Shown one piece after another: positions 1 through 9,313 of a DNA stretch of 64,000 bases. The notes under the pieces are model-generated. The model did no database searches. It had not been told where the DNA came from and worked only from the letters and a program-made list of their open reading frames with translations. Source of the stretch: an uncultured Bacteroidales bacterium (GTDB taxonomy: Bacteria > Bacteroidota > Bacteroidia > Bacteroidales > DASQZP01); the NCBI GenBank assembly GCA_963783315.1, contig CAWAMZ010000008.1, positions 772,023-836,022 of the forward strand, written 5' to 3'. Numbering within the stretch: position 1 is the first letter of the stretch; each line of letters begins with the position of its first letter. Position numbers and translations under genes: made by a program.

Positions 1-693
1 GTCGGTACACGCCAGTAAAAGCGGAGCAGATTCCAAATTAAGTACCTGCATGATCCCATTATTGACATCACGCAGAAATTCACTGGTCTCTACCTTTTTG
101 TCGTCTATTCCTTCACCATGACCATGATACATAGGAGTACCTCTGCCGGTTTGTTTACCCCGTACCTGAAGATTCTTCTGCTCCTGGTCATATCCTACTG
201 TATCTTCCAGCCGGTCTGGTACCAGATCATGTATGTCAATCTCCTGAATACTGTAACGACTGCATTCAAATAACTTCACCTGTTGTAAGCTCAGCGAAAG
301 CACATAATATTTTTCATTCACAGTAACAAGAGGAATGAGTGACTTGAGATAAAAATGATCGGCGATCATGTATTGTTCTTTTATTTCAAGCGGCACAGTA
401 AAATATTCAAACAACGCATCATTTTTAAAAATAACAAGACTGTCTGATAAGTGGCGCCATAAGTCAGCATCATCAAGTAAATCTGTAATATCATTCAAAT
501 ATCCATCAATTTGGTCAGATGACAGATCGTAGTTACCAAGCTCACGCTTAACCTCTTTAATCATATTTTTCAATCTTAACTGAGGTTGTCCTTCTATCAC
601 TTCCTTCCCCCCTCTTTCAGTGGGAATCATTATGGTAATGCTATGAGGTTCATGACTGTTTGCAAGTCGCTGTAAATCTTTATTCGTGATCAT
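1..693 (-). CDS. baeRF-like (bacterial archaeo-eukaryotic release-factor family) conserved protein; N-terminal 231 codons only, the rest lies beyond the window edge
   Basis: Absent from the ORF track because it runs off the edge. Hand translation from the ATG at 693-691 gives MITNKDLQRLANSHEPHSITIMIPTERGGKEVIEGQPQLRLKNMIKEVKREL...APLLLACTD, open to base 1. An in-frame TAA lies 15 nt upstream of the ATG. The N-terminal pattern (x-I-x-x-P-T-x-R-x-G-x-E ... Q-x-x-L-R-L-K-N) is recalled from baeRF3/7-type families. GGAGG sits 4 nt upstream of the ATG. Confidence 0.45.
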   Translation of the reverse strand, partial: MITNKDLQRLANSHEPHSITIMIPTERGGKEVIEGQPQLRLKNMIKEVKRELGNYDLSSDQIDGYLNDITDLLDDADLWRHLSDSLVIFKNDALFEYFTVPLEIKEQYMIADHFYLKSLIPLVTVNEKYYVLSLSLQQVKLFECSRYSIQEIDIHDLVPDRLEDTVGYDQEQKNLQVRGKQTGRGTPMYHGHGEGIDDKKVETSEFLRDVNNGIMQVLNLESAPLLLACTD

Positions 694-1124
694 AATTCCT
701 CCATCTTAAAATTCAAACTAAACAGGAAATTGGTCAATAAACATTATCCCTGTCATTTTCAACTTTAATTAATGCAGAAACTTTGCCTAAAAGCGAATGA
801 TCAGGAAATAAAGACCCAAAATCCATAAACCACCTTTTATGCTATTGACACTAAATTATCTATCAACAACTTACCATTTTAAACATAATAAGACCTTTAT
901 CACTCATTTGTAGAAGTAAATAGACAAGTGTGGAACCTGGTCAACATTATTTCAGTTCCAAAATTATCATATTGGGGGTTGGAAAACATCCTTTTTATAC
1001 CTTGCTTTAATTTTAAGAAGAAAAGTAACCAAAGTATGAATTCAAAATACCGCCAATGCTTTTATGGCACTGTTTATGAATCAATACGGTAAAGAATTGT
1101 TTAATTTTAAAAAAGGAGATTATT

Positions 1125-1556
1125 ATGAGTAAACATTATGCAAAATCAATATGGGAGGGAGATTTACAGAATGGCAACGGAAATATGATTGCTGCAAAAG
1201 AAAATGAACTTAAAGTCCCTTATAGCTTTTCATCCCGTTTTGAGGACGGAGAGGGAAAAAGCCCTGAAGAACTTATTGGCGCAGCACATTCAGGATGCTT
1301 TTCAATGGCATTGAGTATGTTACTGGGCGAAGAAGGTTACAAACCTGAGAAAATTGAGACCGATGCAGAAGTTACGCTTGCTAAATCAGGCGATGGTTTT
1401 ATGATAAGTGAAATATTGCTGAAAACAAAAGGCAGGGTTCAGGGAATTGAAGAAGATAAGTTTACTGAACTTGCAGAAACGGCTAAAAAAAACTGTCCTG
1501 TTTCACAGGCATTAAAAGGAGTGAATATAAAACTTGAATCACAACTCGCAAACTGA
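1125..1556 (+). CDS. osmC: OsmC-family peroxiredoxin
   Basis: 143 aa. Contains SIWEGDLQNGNG, the two conserved Cys contexts (AAHSGCFSMAL and KNCPVSQAL) and a size typical of the OsmC subfamily. AAGGAG lies 6 nt upstream of the ATG, and a terminator follows. Confidence 0.85.
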   Translation: MSKHYAKSIWEGDLQNGNGNMIAAKENELKVPYSFSSRFEDGEGKSPEELIGAAHSGCFSMALSMLLGEEGYKPEKIETDAEVTLAKSGDGFMISEILLKTKGRVQGIEEDKFTELAETAKKNCPVSQALKGVNIKLESQLAN

Positions 1557-1577
1557 TTAAAAGATATGATATCTGGG

Positions 1578-1603
1578 AAAGCCGGTGCACAGCCGGCTTT
1601 TTT
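1578..1603 (+). terminator. Rho-independent terminator after osmC
   Basis: aaagccgg-tgcacag-ccggcttt stem-loop running into a T tract, about 22 nt after the stop codon. Confidence 0.75.
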
Positions 1604-1683
1604 CATATCTCAAAGTAAGATATTTGCAGAAATAAGCCTCATTTTGAATTCCTGTATAGCTTCCATGCATTATTTAAAACAAT

Positions 1684-1719
1684 TTTGACAAACAGATACA
1701 AAACCTTTTTATATATTTG
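1684..1719 (+). promoter_or_regulatory. Bacteroidota-type promoter candidate (-33 TTTG, -7 TATATTTG)
   Basis: TATATTTG at 1712-1719 matches TAnnTTTG and TTTG sits at 1684-1687, though the spacing is somewhat long. It lies about 45 nt upstream of the ATG at 1765. Confidence 0.4.
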
Positions 1720-1764
1720 AAAATCCGGATGGAAAAAAATACAATTACTACAATTATTTCCGCC

Positions 1765-2754
1765 ATGAAAACGACAACACATTTTCAGGTATATCTGACA
1801 ACATTAATCTTAGTCACACTTTTCTCCTGCAATTCCGGAAAAGTAAATCATCATTACCCGGCTCTCCATAACGATCTTCTCCCTGAAAAAGTAACAGTTA
1901 TGGATGAGTTATTGCTGGCTGATACTTCCCCAAAGGGTGAATGGCTAAAGGCATTGAAAAAGGACACCCTGCTCCTTTATATAGCAATGGCTGGTAAGTC
2001 AGGCAATACTACATTGGGGAACGGGATTTCAGTTAATCTGAATACGTTTGAACGAAATGCACTTGCCGATTCAGTTTTTGTTGCCCCGGAAATTGATACT
2101 TCTAAAGTTAAAAGTATAGTATTTTTGGAAAACTGGTTTTTCAACAATGATAAAGTGTGTTTTACCAAAAAGGTAAATGCAATTGCGCCGGTATTGTTTA
2201 TCAGTTTAAAAAAGTCAGATACAGGAACCATTAAAAAAATTCCCTACTGGATTTTTAATTCAGATAATACTGCCTCAGATAAAAAAAACACAATTAAAAT
2301 TGCCGATAGTCTGGCCACTGAGTTTTTCTTTAATCAGGAACGCAGCAGGAATCTTGACAAAAACATTTTGCTCTCTCAGCTTTTTAAGAAGGCGCTGCTG
2401 GAAGATTACCAGGTAAGGGACTTTTTTAGTAATCAATTACTGAATAAAAAAGAAATAAAGCGACGAATGGGTTTTGGCGGAGAGACAATTTTTTATATGG
2501 ATTCTACCGGACAGACAGCTCAAAAGACACATGATGATTGGACGGACAGAGATGTACTGAATACGATTGATTATAGTGAATATAAGAGTATACTGTTCAT
2601 TGAGGACTGGTATCTGGATACACTAACCTACCAGGTTAACAAGGTTGTTAAGAGCATCTGCCCCGTAAGAGAATATACAGATCAATCCGTTATCAGAAAA
2701 AGTATTTCCTTTAAAATGGATCTTCATCCTGACGCTTGTTCCGATATTCAATAA
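1765..2754 (+). CDS. Hypothetical lipoprotein with an internally duplicated domain
   Basis: The track ORF 1717-2754 begins at a TTG that falls inside the -7 box. The ATG at 1765 gives MKTTTHFQVYLTTLILVTLFSC, a lipoprotein signal with a lipobox Cys. Two related segments are present: KSIVFLENWFFNNDKVCFTKKVNAIAPV and KSILFIEDWYLDTLTYQVNKVVKSICPV. Confidence 0.6.
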   Translation: MKTTTHFQVYLTTLILVTLFSCNSGKVNHHYPALHNDLLPEKVTVMDELLLADTSPKGEWLKALKKDTLLLYIAMAGKSGNTTLGNGISVNLNTFERNALADSVFVAPEIDTSKVKSIVFLENWFFNNDKVCFTKKVNAIAPVLFISLKKSDTGTIKKIPYWIFNSDNTASDKKNTIKIADSLATEFFFNQERSRNLDKNILLSQLFKKALLEDYQVRDFFSNQLLNKKEIKRRMGFGGETIFYMDSTGQTAQKTHDDWTDRDVLNTIDYSEYKSILFIEDWYLDTLTYQVNKVVKSICPVREYTDQSVIRKSISFKMDLHPDACSDIQ

Positions 2755-3035
2755 TTTCAATAAAGAAGTGTAGAAAAAGCAATTAGTAATATTAAATCCG
2801 AATGGAAATTCTAAAATGAATAAAATATCTGAAAAGTTCTTCAAAATTCTACTTTCGGGTCTAATGGTTCACCTCACGAATCCACCCGCTTAACGAACTA
2901 CATTCAGTCGGGATGGAAAGAACAGGTAGAGAATCAGTTGTAATACCCGGTAAAGTTTTTGTAAAACATAAATTATGACTTTGCGGAGGGACTTTTTAAA
3001 TAAAACCCCGGGAGATATTATTGGCAATTATATTC

Positions 3036-4098
3036 CTAAAGTTTGAATATGGTTCCTGTTCGGGGAGCCAGGAACTGAGATTTTAATCCCTTCTGCATAC
3101 CCTGAATATTTGCCCACTCCTGCAATGCATTTTCTGAAAGAATATCACGCTGATAACGGCTTTCATCTTCACGTCCGCTGTAATGCATCATCAGTATCTT
3201 ATCAGGAGACAGACGTCTGGCCAAATCAAAAACTGACAGAATGAGCGAAGGATTTTGCAACTGTTCAGTCATAAATTCATCAAGATAAGTATGATATCGC
3301 GGATCTGATTGAAGAGAAGCATGCATCGCAGACAAACTGCTCATTTTTATTTCTTTCCGCCAATCAGCCAGCACTGCAGCCTCCCTGTTGGTTGACGGAT
3401 CAGTATCCTGCAGGCTCCAGTGATTCCCAGCCGGGTATGGGAACCGGTTGCTTGAATCTGCACAAATAATATCAGCACCAGAAAGTTCCTGATAGTCTCT
3501 TATTCCTGAGCAACGGACATACACAATCACCCGTAATGAGCACGTTTGCCAGTCCGGCTTCTTTCACCACCCTGAAATGCAACATCATTGGGCCAAACGC
3601 ACTTTTCCCATGATAAACCGGATAGGGAGTAAGTGTGATACGTTCTGTAAAATCAAACTGCAAAATTTGAGCAGGAACCAGTTCATGAAATTCAACCATT
3701 GATTCAAGCTGAGGGTAAGCTGAAAGCACTTTTTCCCAGGTCAGCAAAGAAGCATAAACCGGAAAAAGCGTATTGTGGCCTGCTCCTTTCGCGTGACTGT
3801 AAACAATCCATTCTAGCCCAAGCACATGATCATGGTGATGATGAGTGAGCACTACCGCATCCGGAATCCTGTTTTCATGTTTTATCAGATATTCAACAAT
3901 GCCATGTCCGGCATCAACAAGAATTTCCCAGGAAATTGTATCCTCCCCGCTTTGTTCATTATCATACCCTATTAACGAATACGACGTATTATTCAGCTCG
4001 GGTTCCCGCCCATTTTTAAAATGAATTGGGGAACCCAGAAAAACAGGCCAGGCATAGCCCCGGCCATTTATTCTGAGCGCTGTATAACTTTCCGGCAT
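3036..4098 (-). pseudogene. MBL-fold metallo-hydrolase split by a +1/-1 frameshift (track ORFs 3472-4098 and 3036-3530)
   Basis: The upstream ORF carries the MBL motif LTHHHHDH and ends ...VLITGDCVCPLLRNKRLSGTFWC*. The downstream ORF, in another frame with a 59-nt overlap, continues with the expected C-terminal half (ELSGADIICADSS...PYPAGNHWSL). The frame change must lie between about 3485 and 3530. Confidence 0.55.
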
Positions 4099-4101
4099 AA
4101 T

Positions 4102-6270
4102 TTATTCAACAATTGTCATCTCATTTATCAAATTTGATGCTCCGGCATATTTATCAATCAGAAAGAGCACATATCGAATATCAACAGTTATATTCCTGCA
4201 CTGATCAGGGTCATACATAATGTCGCTCATGGTTCCTTCCCAGTTGCGATCGAAATTCAAGCCTATTAGTTGTCCTTCAGCATTTAAAACAGGACTTCCA
4301 GAATTTCCACCTGAAGTATGATTTGAGGCGATGAAACAAACAGGCATAGTTTCATCAACACCATATCTGCCATAATCTTTTTCAGTATACAATTGTTTCA
4401 GTTTTGCAGGCACATCATAATCATAAATTTCCGGGTTATCCTTTTCCATTACCCCTTTCAGTGTTGTCTGATATTCATAATGAACAGCATCATACGGATT
4501 ATACCCCTCCACTTCACCATAGGTAAGGCGCAGGGTAAAATTTGCATCAGGATAAAACAACTTTTCAGGCTGCATCTCTCTGAGCCCTTTTACATAAATC
4601 CGGTACAATCCATCCAGTTGATTTTCTGTGGTGGTATACCGGTTACTTATGCTATCCTTAAATAAATTATAAAAAGCAGCATATAACTGATAAGCCGGAT
4701 CTTTCATAATCTTTTTTATCGTTCCGATATCTATTGAGCCAGTTAATTGAACAACCTCTGCTGAATCAGCAAACATGGATTTACGAAATAGTTGAGCTGC
4801 ATAGTTTTCGAAATCCCCTTTATATTTTGAGTTAACCTTGCTGAAATAAGCAGGTTGAAATTTCTGAGGAACATGTTCTTGATAAGCATTCAGCATGGCA
4901 GCAAATGTTTCCCGGTCTATAGGTTTGTAATAATCCTTATAATAGCTGTTGACCTGGTCTTTAAGCCAGTTGGTATACAGCTCAGGCAATTCTTTATCGG
5001 GTTCCTGAAGCTTTTTCTCCATTACCACATTAAAATAAGAGACCAGCTTCATCATCTCAACGGCATTCACCGTTTCATAAAAATAATCACGGGCATAGGC
5101 ATAAGGTTCCTGAACATTGTAAAGACTGTCGAATCCGGAAAGTACATTTCCAAAAACCTTATCCAGGGCAGGATCTGAATGAGCCCATGTTATAAAAGCA
5201 GCCTCCAGCTCCTTCTTCTTTGTCAATGCATCCAGCTTTTTCAGGCCTCGAATCTCACCTATCCATTTTTTCCATGCATTGCTTACATTTGCATATTTTG
5301 CTGCATATTTAATCCGGATAGCCGGATCTGCATTCATATATTTTTGCATGATATCAAGCCGGGTTTGCCTCAGCGTAATTTTTTCGGGCAAACTGGTATT
5401 AATGATATAGTCGACAGCCGGGGAAGCAAGATATTCCTCTGTGCTTCCCGGATACCCAAATACCATTGTGAAATCTCCATTTTTGATACCCTTAAGTGAG
5501 ATTGAAAGATGTTTTTTAGGCTTATAAGGAACATTATCAGGCGAATAATCTGCGGGTTGATTGTTTTTATCGGCATAGATGCGGAAGACAGAAAAATCAC
5601 CGGTATGCCTTGGCCACATCCAGTTATCTGTATCACCGCCAAATTTCCCTATGGCAGAGGGTGGTGCAGCCACCAGTCGTACATCGCGGTAGACTTTATA
5701 TACAAACATATAATATTCATTTCCATAATAAAAAGGCTTTACAATGCTACGGTAATTACTGTCCTCCAGTGGCTGAGCCTGTAACTTACTGATTGCTTCT
5801 TTAACCCTTTTTGCTCTGGATTCCGGATCCATATTATCAGTTATATTAGCAAGCACCTGATCAGTTACATCTTCCATACGTACCAGAAAGGTAGCAGTAA
5901 GACCTGGATTTGTCAGTTCCTCGTCTTTTGTGCGCGCCCAGAAGCCATTTGTAAGATAATCATGGTCTAATGTACTGTGCGATTGAATAGCATCGTAACC
6001 ACAATGGTGGTTGGTAATCAGCAATCCCTGGTCAGAAATTACTTCCCCTGTGCAACCACGTCCAAAAATAACAATGGCATCCTTCAGGCTTGCCTGATTG
6101 ATACTGTAAATATCTTCAGCTGTAAGCTTCAGTCCTTTCTCATGCATAATTTTAATATTTAGCTTTTCAAGCAACATGGGGATCCACATGCCTTCATCAG
6201 CCCATAAGGAATTACAAAATAAAATTCCGGTGGTAAGAACGAAAATTATTTTCTTCAGGTTGTTCTTCAT
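4102..6270 (-). CDS. S46-family dipeptidyl-peptidase (DPP7/DPP11-like serine peptidase)
   Basis: 722 aa with a signal peptide. ADEGMWIP N-terminal motif, catalytic His context ITNHHCGYD and Ser context GGNSGSPVLN. Confidence 0.9.
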   Translation of the reverse strand: MKNNLKKIIFVLTTGILFCNSLWADEGMWIPMLLEKLNIKIMHEKGLKLTAEDIYSINQASLKDAIVIFGRGCTGEVISDQGLLITNHHCGYDAIQSHSTLDHDYLTNGFWARTKDEELTNPGLTATFLVRMEDVTDQVLANITDNMDPESRAKRVKEAISKLQAQPLEDSNYRSIVKPFYYGNEYYMFVYKVYRDVRLVAAPPSAIGKFGGDTDNWMWPRHTGDFSVFRIYADKNNQPADYSPDNVPYKPKKHLSISLKGIKNGDFTMVFGYPGSTEEYLASPAVDYIINTSLPEKITLRQTRLDIMQKYMNADPAIRIKYAAKYANVSNAWKKWIGEIRGLKKLDALTKKKELEAAFITWAHSDPALDKVFGNVLSGFDSLYNVQEPYAYARDYFYETVNAVEMMKLVSYFNVVMEKKLQEPDKELPELYTNWLKDQVNSYYKDYYKPIDRETFAAMLNAYQEHVPQKFQPAYFSKVNSKYKGDFENYAAQLFRKSMFADSAEVVQLTGSIDIGTIKKIMKDPAYQLYAAFYNLFKDSISNRYTTTENQLDGLYRIYVKGLREMQPEKLFYPDANFTLRLTYGEVEGYNPYDAVHYEYQTTLKGVMEKDNPEIYDYDVPAKLKQLYTEKDYGRYGVDETMPVCFIASNHTSGGNSGSPVLNAEGQLIGLNFDRNWEGTMSDIMYDPDQCRNITVDIRYVLFLIDKYAGASNLINEMTIVE

Positions 6271-6352
6271 AATAAAAGTTAATAGTTAAGTGATAATGTT
6301 TCCGGCAAAATAGTCAGATTATTTAGTGGTAAAATCTTGTGGGAAACAGGTA

Positions 6353-6382
6353 TAAAAAAACAGGCATCTGTTATTATGCCTG
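6353..6382 (-). terminator. Rho-independent terminator after maf
   Basis: Minus strand: CAGGCAT-AATAACAG-ATGCCTG followed by TTTTTTT, starting 2 nt after the stop codon. Confidence 0.75.
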
Positions 6383-6384
6383 CA

Positions 6385-6978
6385 TTATTCATGCTTAATG
6401 AATGAAACAAGTTCCCGATACAATTTATGTACGGGTAAACCCATCACATTATAGAATGAACCTTCAATCTTCTCTACTCCTATGAAACCAATCCATTCCT
6501 GGATACCATAAGATCCGGCTTTGTCATAAGGTTTATAGGTACTTACATAATAATCAATTTCCTCGTCAGTCAGACAATCAAAATACACACGGGTGGTGAC
6601 AAAGAAGGTTTTTCTCTTTGTGGCTGAACGCATACATACTCCGGTGATTACATCATGACAGTTGTTTGAAAGCTGAAATAAAGTCTGAACTGCTTCCTCA
6701 TAATTCTCAGGTTTGTCAAGTACTTTGTCTCCCATCCATACAATTGTATCAGCAGTTATTACAATTTCACCGTTGCTAACATCTCCAAAAGCATCAGACT
6801 TAAGGTGTGCAATGTGTAGAGGAATTTGTTCTGCCTTAAAAGTATCAGGAAAAGTTTCATTTACCCTGCCAGGAAGTTTCACCTTAAATTTAATGCCGCA
6901 ATCCTCCAGCAAACGCTGCCGCCGGGGTGAACGGGACGCAAGAATAACCGAATGTTTATTTATTTCATCAAGGACCAT
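6385..6978 (-). CDS. maf: Maf-like nucleoside triphosphate pyrophosphatase
   Basis: 197 aa. ILASRSPRRQRLL near the N-terminus and KAGSYGIQE near the C-terminus. Confidence 0.9.
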   Translation of the reverse strand: MVLDEINKHSVILASRSPRRQRLLEDCGIKFKVKLPGRVNETFPDTFKAEQIPLHIAHLKSDAFGDVSNGEIVITADTIVWMGDKVLDKPENYEEAVQTLFQLSNNCHDVITGVCMRSATKRKTFFVTTRVYFDCLTDEEIDYYVSTYKPYDKAGSYGIQEWIGFIGVEKIEGSFYNVMGLPVHKLYRELVSFIKHE

Positions 6979-6983
6979 AGCTT

Positions 6984-7934
6984 TTAGTATGTAAAATGAA
7001 TAATCAAATCAGCAACCAACGCATACAAGATACCAAACAGCATTATAAATTTTGTTAAGTTGCTGGCAACATGATAATGCTTTTGTTTATGAGCATTATA
7101 CAATTTATATTGTAAAAATACAAGGGGAAATATTATGGTAAATAACATATATATCAGAGAAACACTGTCCTTCAAATAGGTGATATTTATATAGACTAAG
7201 CTAACTATCACGAAATTAATAAGCACATAGAGGATAAGTTTTGTTTTCCTAACGCCAATTGCGATAGGAAGTGTATTCAGGCCGAAAGCCTGGTCGCCTT
7301 CAAAATCCTCAGTATCTTTAATGATTTCCCTTATGAGGGTCATAAAGAAAGCAAAGTATGCAAAACCGCCAACCCAGCCAAAAATATAAAGAAAACTGGC
7401 ATTATTTCTGAGCATGATCAGTCCATACGTTTTATTAAGTAACGGGATCTCAAAAACAACCACCATTAGAGGCACCATAGCAGTGAGCACTGCCACAATG
7501 AAGTTACCTACAAAAAACTGGCGTTTGTAAGTTGTGGAATAGAACCACAGAATACCGGTAGTAAGAAGAAAAATAAAAGAGAGCATCGGCACTCCGATCA
7601 GAAAAGAGACATAGGTACCCAATAATACACCAACTGCATTAAGCACAATATGAAAAATCATGGCAGTTCGGCGGGAAATTTTTTTTCCAACAATTACTTC
7701 CCGGGGTCTGTTGAGCAGATCTGTTTTCGTATCAAAATAATCGTTTATCACATATCCTGCTGCAGTGACGCACATTGTAGCCAGTACCAGGAGGAAAAAA
7801 GAAAAATTATCCAACTGGAGCTCAAAACCATTCATGTTCAACATCGGATAAATAATCAGATAACGCATTGCATATTGCGTTGCAGCAACAATCAGGAGGT
7901 TTTGGAAACGCACCAGTTTCAGAAAATTATACAT
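6984..7934 (-). CDS. UbiA-family prenyltransferase (usually annotated geranylgeranylglycerol-phosphate geranylgeranyltransferase-like in Bacteroidota)
   Basis: 316 aa and polytopic. First Asp-rich motif NDYFDTKTDLLNRP and second D-rich region KDTEDFEGD. Confidence 0.8.
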   Translation of the reverse strand: MYNFLKLVRFQNLLIVAATQYAMRYLIIYPMLNMNGFELQLDNFSFFLLVLATMCVTAAGYVINDYFDTKTDLLNRPREVIVGKKISRRTAMIFHIVLNAVGVLLGTYVSFLIGVPMLSFIFLLTTGILWFYSTTYKRQFFVGNFIVAVLTAMVPLMVVVFEIPLLNKTYGLIMLRNNASFLYIFGWVGGFAYFAFFMTLIREIIKDTEDFEGDQAFGLNTLPIAIGVRKTKLILYVLINFVIVSLVYINITYLKDSVSLIYMLFTIIFPLVFLQYKLYNAHKQKHYHVASNLTKFIMLFGILYALVADLIIHFTY

Positions 7935-7951
7935 ATTCAGACATTAATATT

Positions 7952-8476
7952 TTACCAACTGAAAGCATCGTTGTGCATCCACTTACCCTGCAAACGGAGC
8001 ACCTGTTCAATTACATCCCTGACGCATCCCTGTCCGCCATTCTTGTCTGAGATATATTTAGAGAGTGATTTTATTTCCTCCACAGCATCAGCAGGACAAC
8101 AGGGAAAACCTGCACGCTGCATTACTTCATAATCAGGAATATCATCGCCCATGTACAGTACATCAGAATCATTCAGACCATACTTCAGGATAAAATCAAC
8201 ATAATCATTCTTCTTATCCGATGATTTGAGATAAATATCAGTGATTCCGAGTTTTTGGAATCTTGTCCTGACAGATTCTGAATCACCGCCTGAAATGATT
8301 CCCGCCAGATATCCTTTTTTTACTGCGTATTGCAGGGCGAATCCATCCTTAATATTCATAGACCTCATCAGGTCGCCACCAGGATGAAGATACACATTGC
8401 TGTTCGTAAAAACACCATCCACATCAAAAAGAAATGCCTTGATCTTCTGCATATCTTCCTTTAAATTAAGTCCCAT
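7952..8476 (-). CDS. kdsC: 3-deoxy-D-manno-octulosonate-8-phosphate phosphatase (HAD-IIIA)
   Basis: 174 aa. HAD motif I FLFDVDGVFT, then GDDIPD and the KdsC-type C-terminus GGQGCVRDVIEQVL. Confidence 0.85.
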   Translation of the reverse strand: MGLNLKEDMQKIKAFLFDVDGVFTNSNVYLHPGGDLMRSMNIKDGFALQYAVKKGYLAGIISGGDSESVRTRFQKLGITDIYLKSSDKKNDYVDFILKYGLNDSDVLYMGDDIPDYEVMQRAGFPCCPADAVEEIKSLSKYISDKNGGQGCVRDVIEQVLRLQGKWMHNDAFSW

Positions 8477-8523
8477 AATAAGTTCTCCTGTATTTTTCAG
8501 GATTATATTTATTAATATAATGA

Positions 8524-9309
8524 TTATTTTAAATGACCGGAAAACTCCTGTATACTCTTGCTCACAAAAGTATATATTTTTTGAAAAGCCGGGTATTTAT
8601 TCAGCATTTCCTCTTGTCTTTTCATGGTATTTTTATCGCCCCTGACAGCCGGACCTGTTTGCACATTTGCAGGATTATCTGCTAATGCCTTTTGAAAAGT
8701 TTCCATAACAAGTGGATTAAGAAGCTGAGCATCCAGACCATCATCCGAGAGGATTTTGTAGCATATTGCAAGCATGTGATTTGAAAAATTGCAGGCAAAC
8801 ACTGCAGCCAGATGAAGTGTCTTGCGCTGTTCGGAAGAAGCTATCTGCACCATATCGCTAACCGATGATGCTACTGACGAAAGTACTTTGTTGCTTTCCT
8901 TGTTACCTGCCTCAATTAATACAGGAATTTTTTTAAAATCCAGCTCTGTAAAACGGGAGAAGGTCTGGAGCGGATAGAATACTCCGTAATTTTTTGCGTG
9001 ACTTTTAAATATATCAATTGACATGGCACCTGATGTATGCACAACCAGTGCCTTTCCAAAGTTAAATCTGTTAATAACTGCATCAATTGCATCATCACAA
9101 ACGGAGATTACATACAAATCAGCTTGTGGCACTTCATCAGGGTTATCTGTAAAAGGGACGTTCAACTCCCCACCCAGACTGGCCGCAGATATAATGGTGC
9201 GACTGTAAACTGATACAATTTTATAGCCTGCACTTTTGAATGCCCTGCCCAGATGAGTTGCCACATTTCCGGCACCAAGAATAGCGATTGTAAATTTTGA
9301 TTTTGCCAT
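8524..9309 (-). CDS. Rossmann-fold / DUF2520 domain protein (ProC/ketopantoate-reductase-like)
   Basis: 261 aa. N-terminal dinucleotide-binding loop IAILGAGNVATHLG. Family recognised by overall pattern only. Confidence 0.55.
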   Translation of the reverse strand: MAKSKFTIAILGAGNVATHLGRAFKSAGYKIVSVYSRTIISAASLGGELNVPFTDNPDEVPQADLYVISVCDDAIDAVINRFNFGKALVVHTSGAMSIDIFKSHAKNYGVFYPLQTFSRFTELDFKKIPVLIEAGNKESNKVLSSVASSVSDMVQIASSEQRKTLHLAAVFACNFSNHMLAICYKILSDDGLDAQLLNPLVMETFQKALADNPANVQTGPAVRGDKNTMKRQEEMLNKYPAFQKIYTFVSKSIQEFSGHLK

Positions 9310-9313
9310 ATTG

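Noticed and set aside
2866-2889. ggttcacctcacgaatccacccgc, which resembles a tRNA T-arm/3' end and could be an att-site remnant.
   Set aside because: The T-stem complement is missing, no tRNA in the window matches it, and there is no second copy. The evidence is insufficient.
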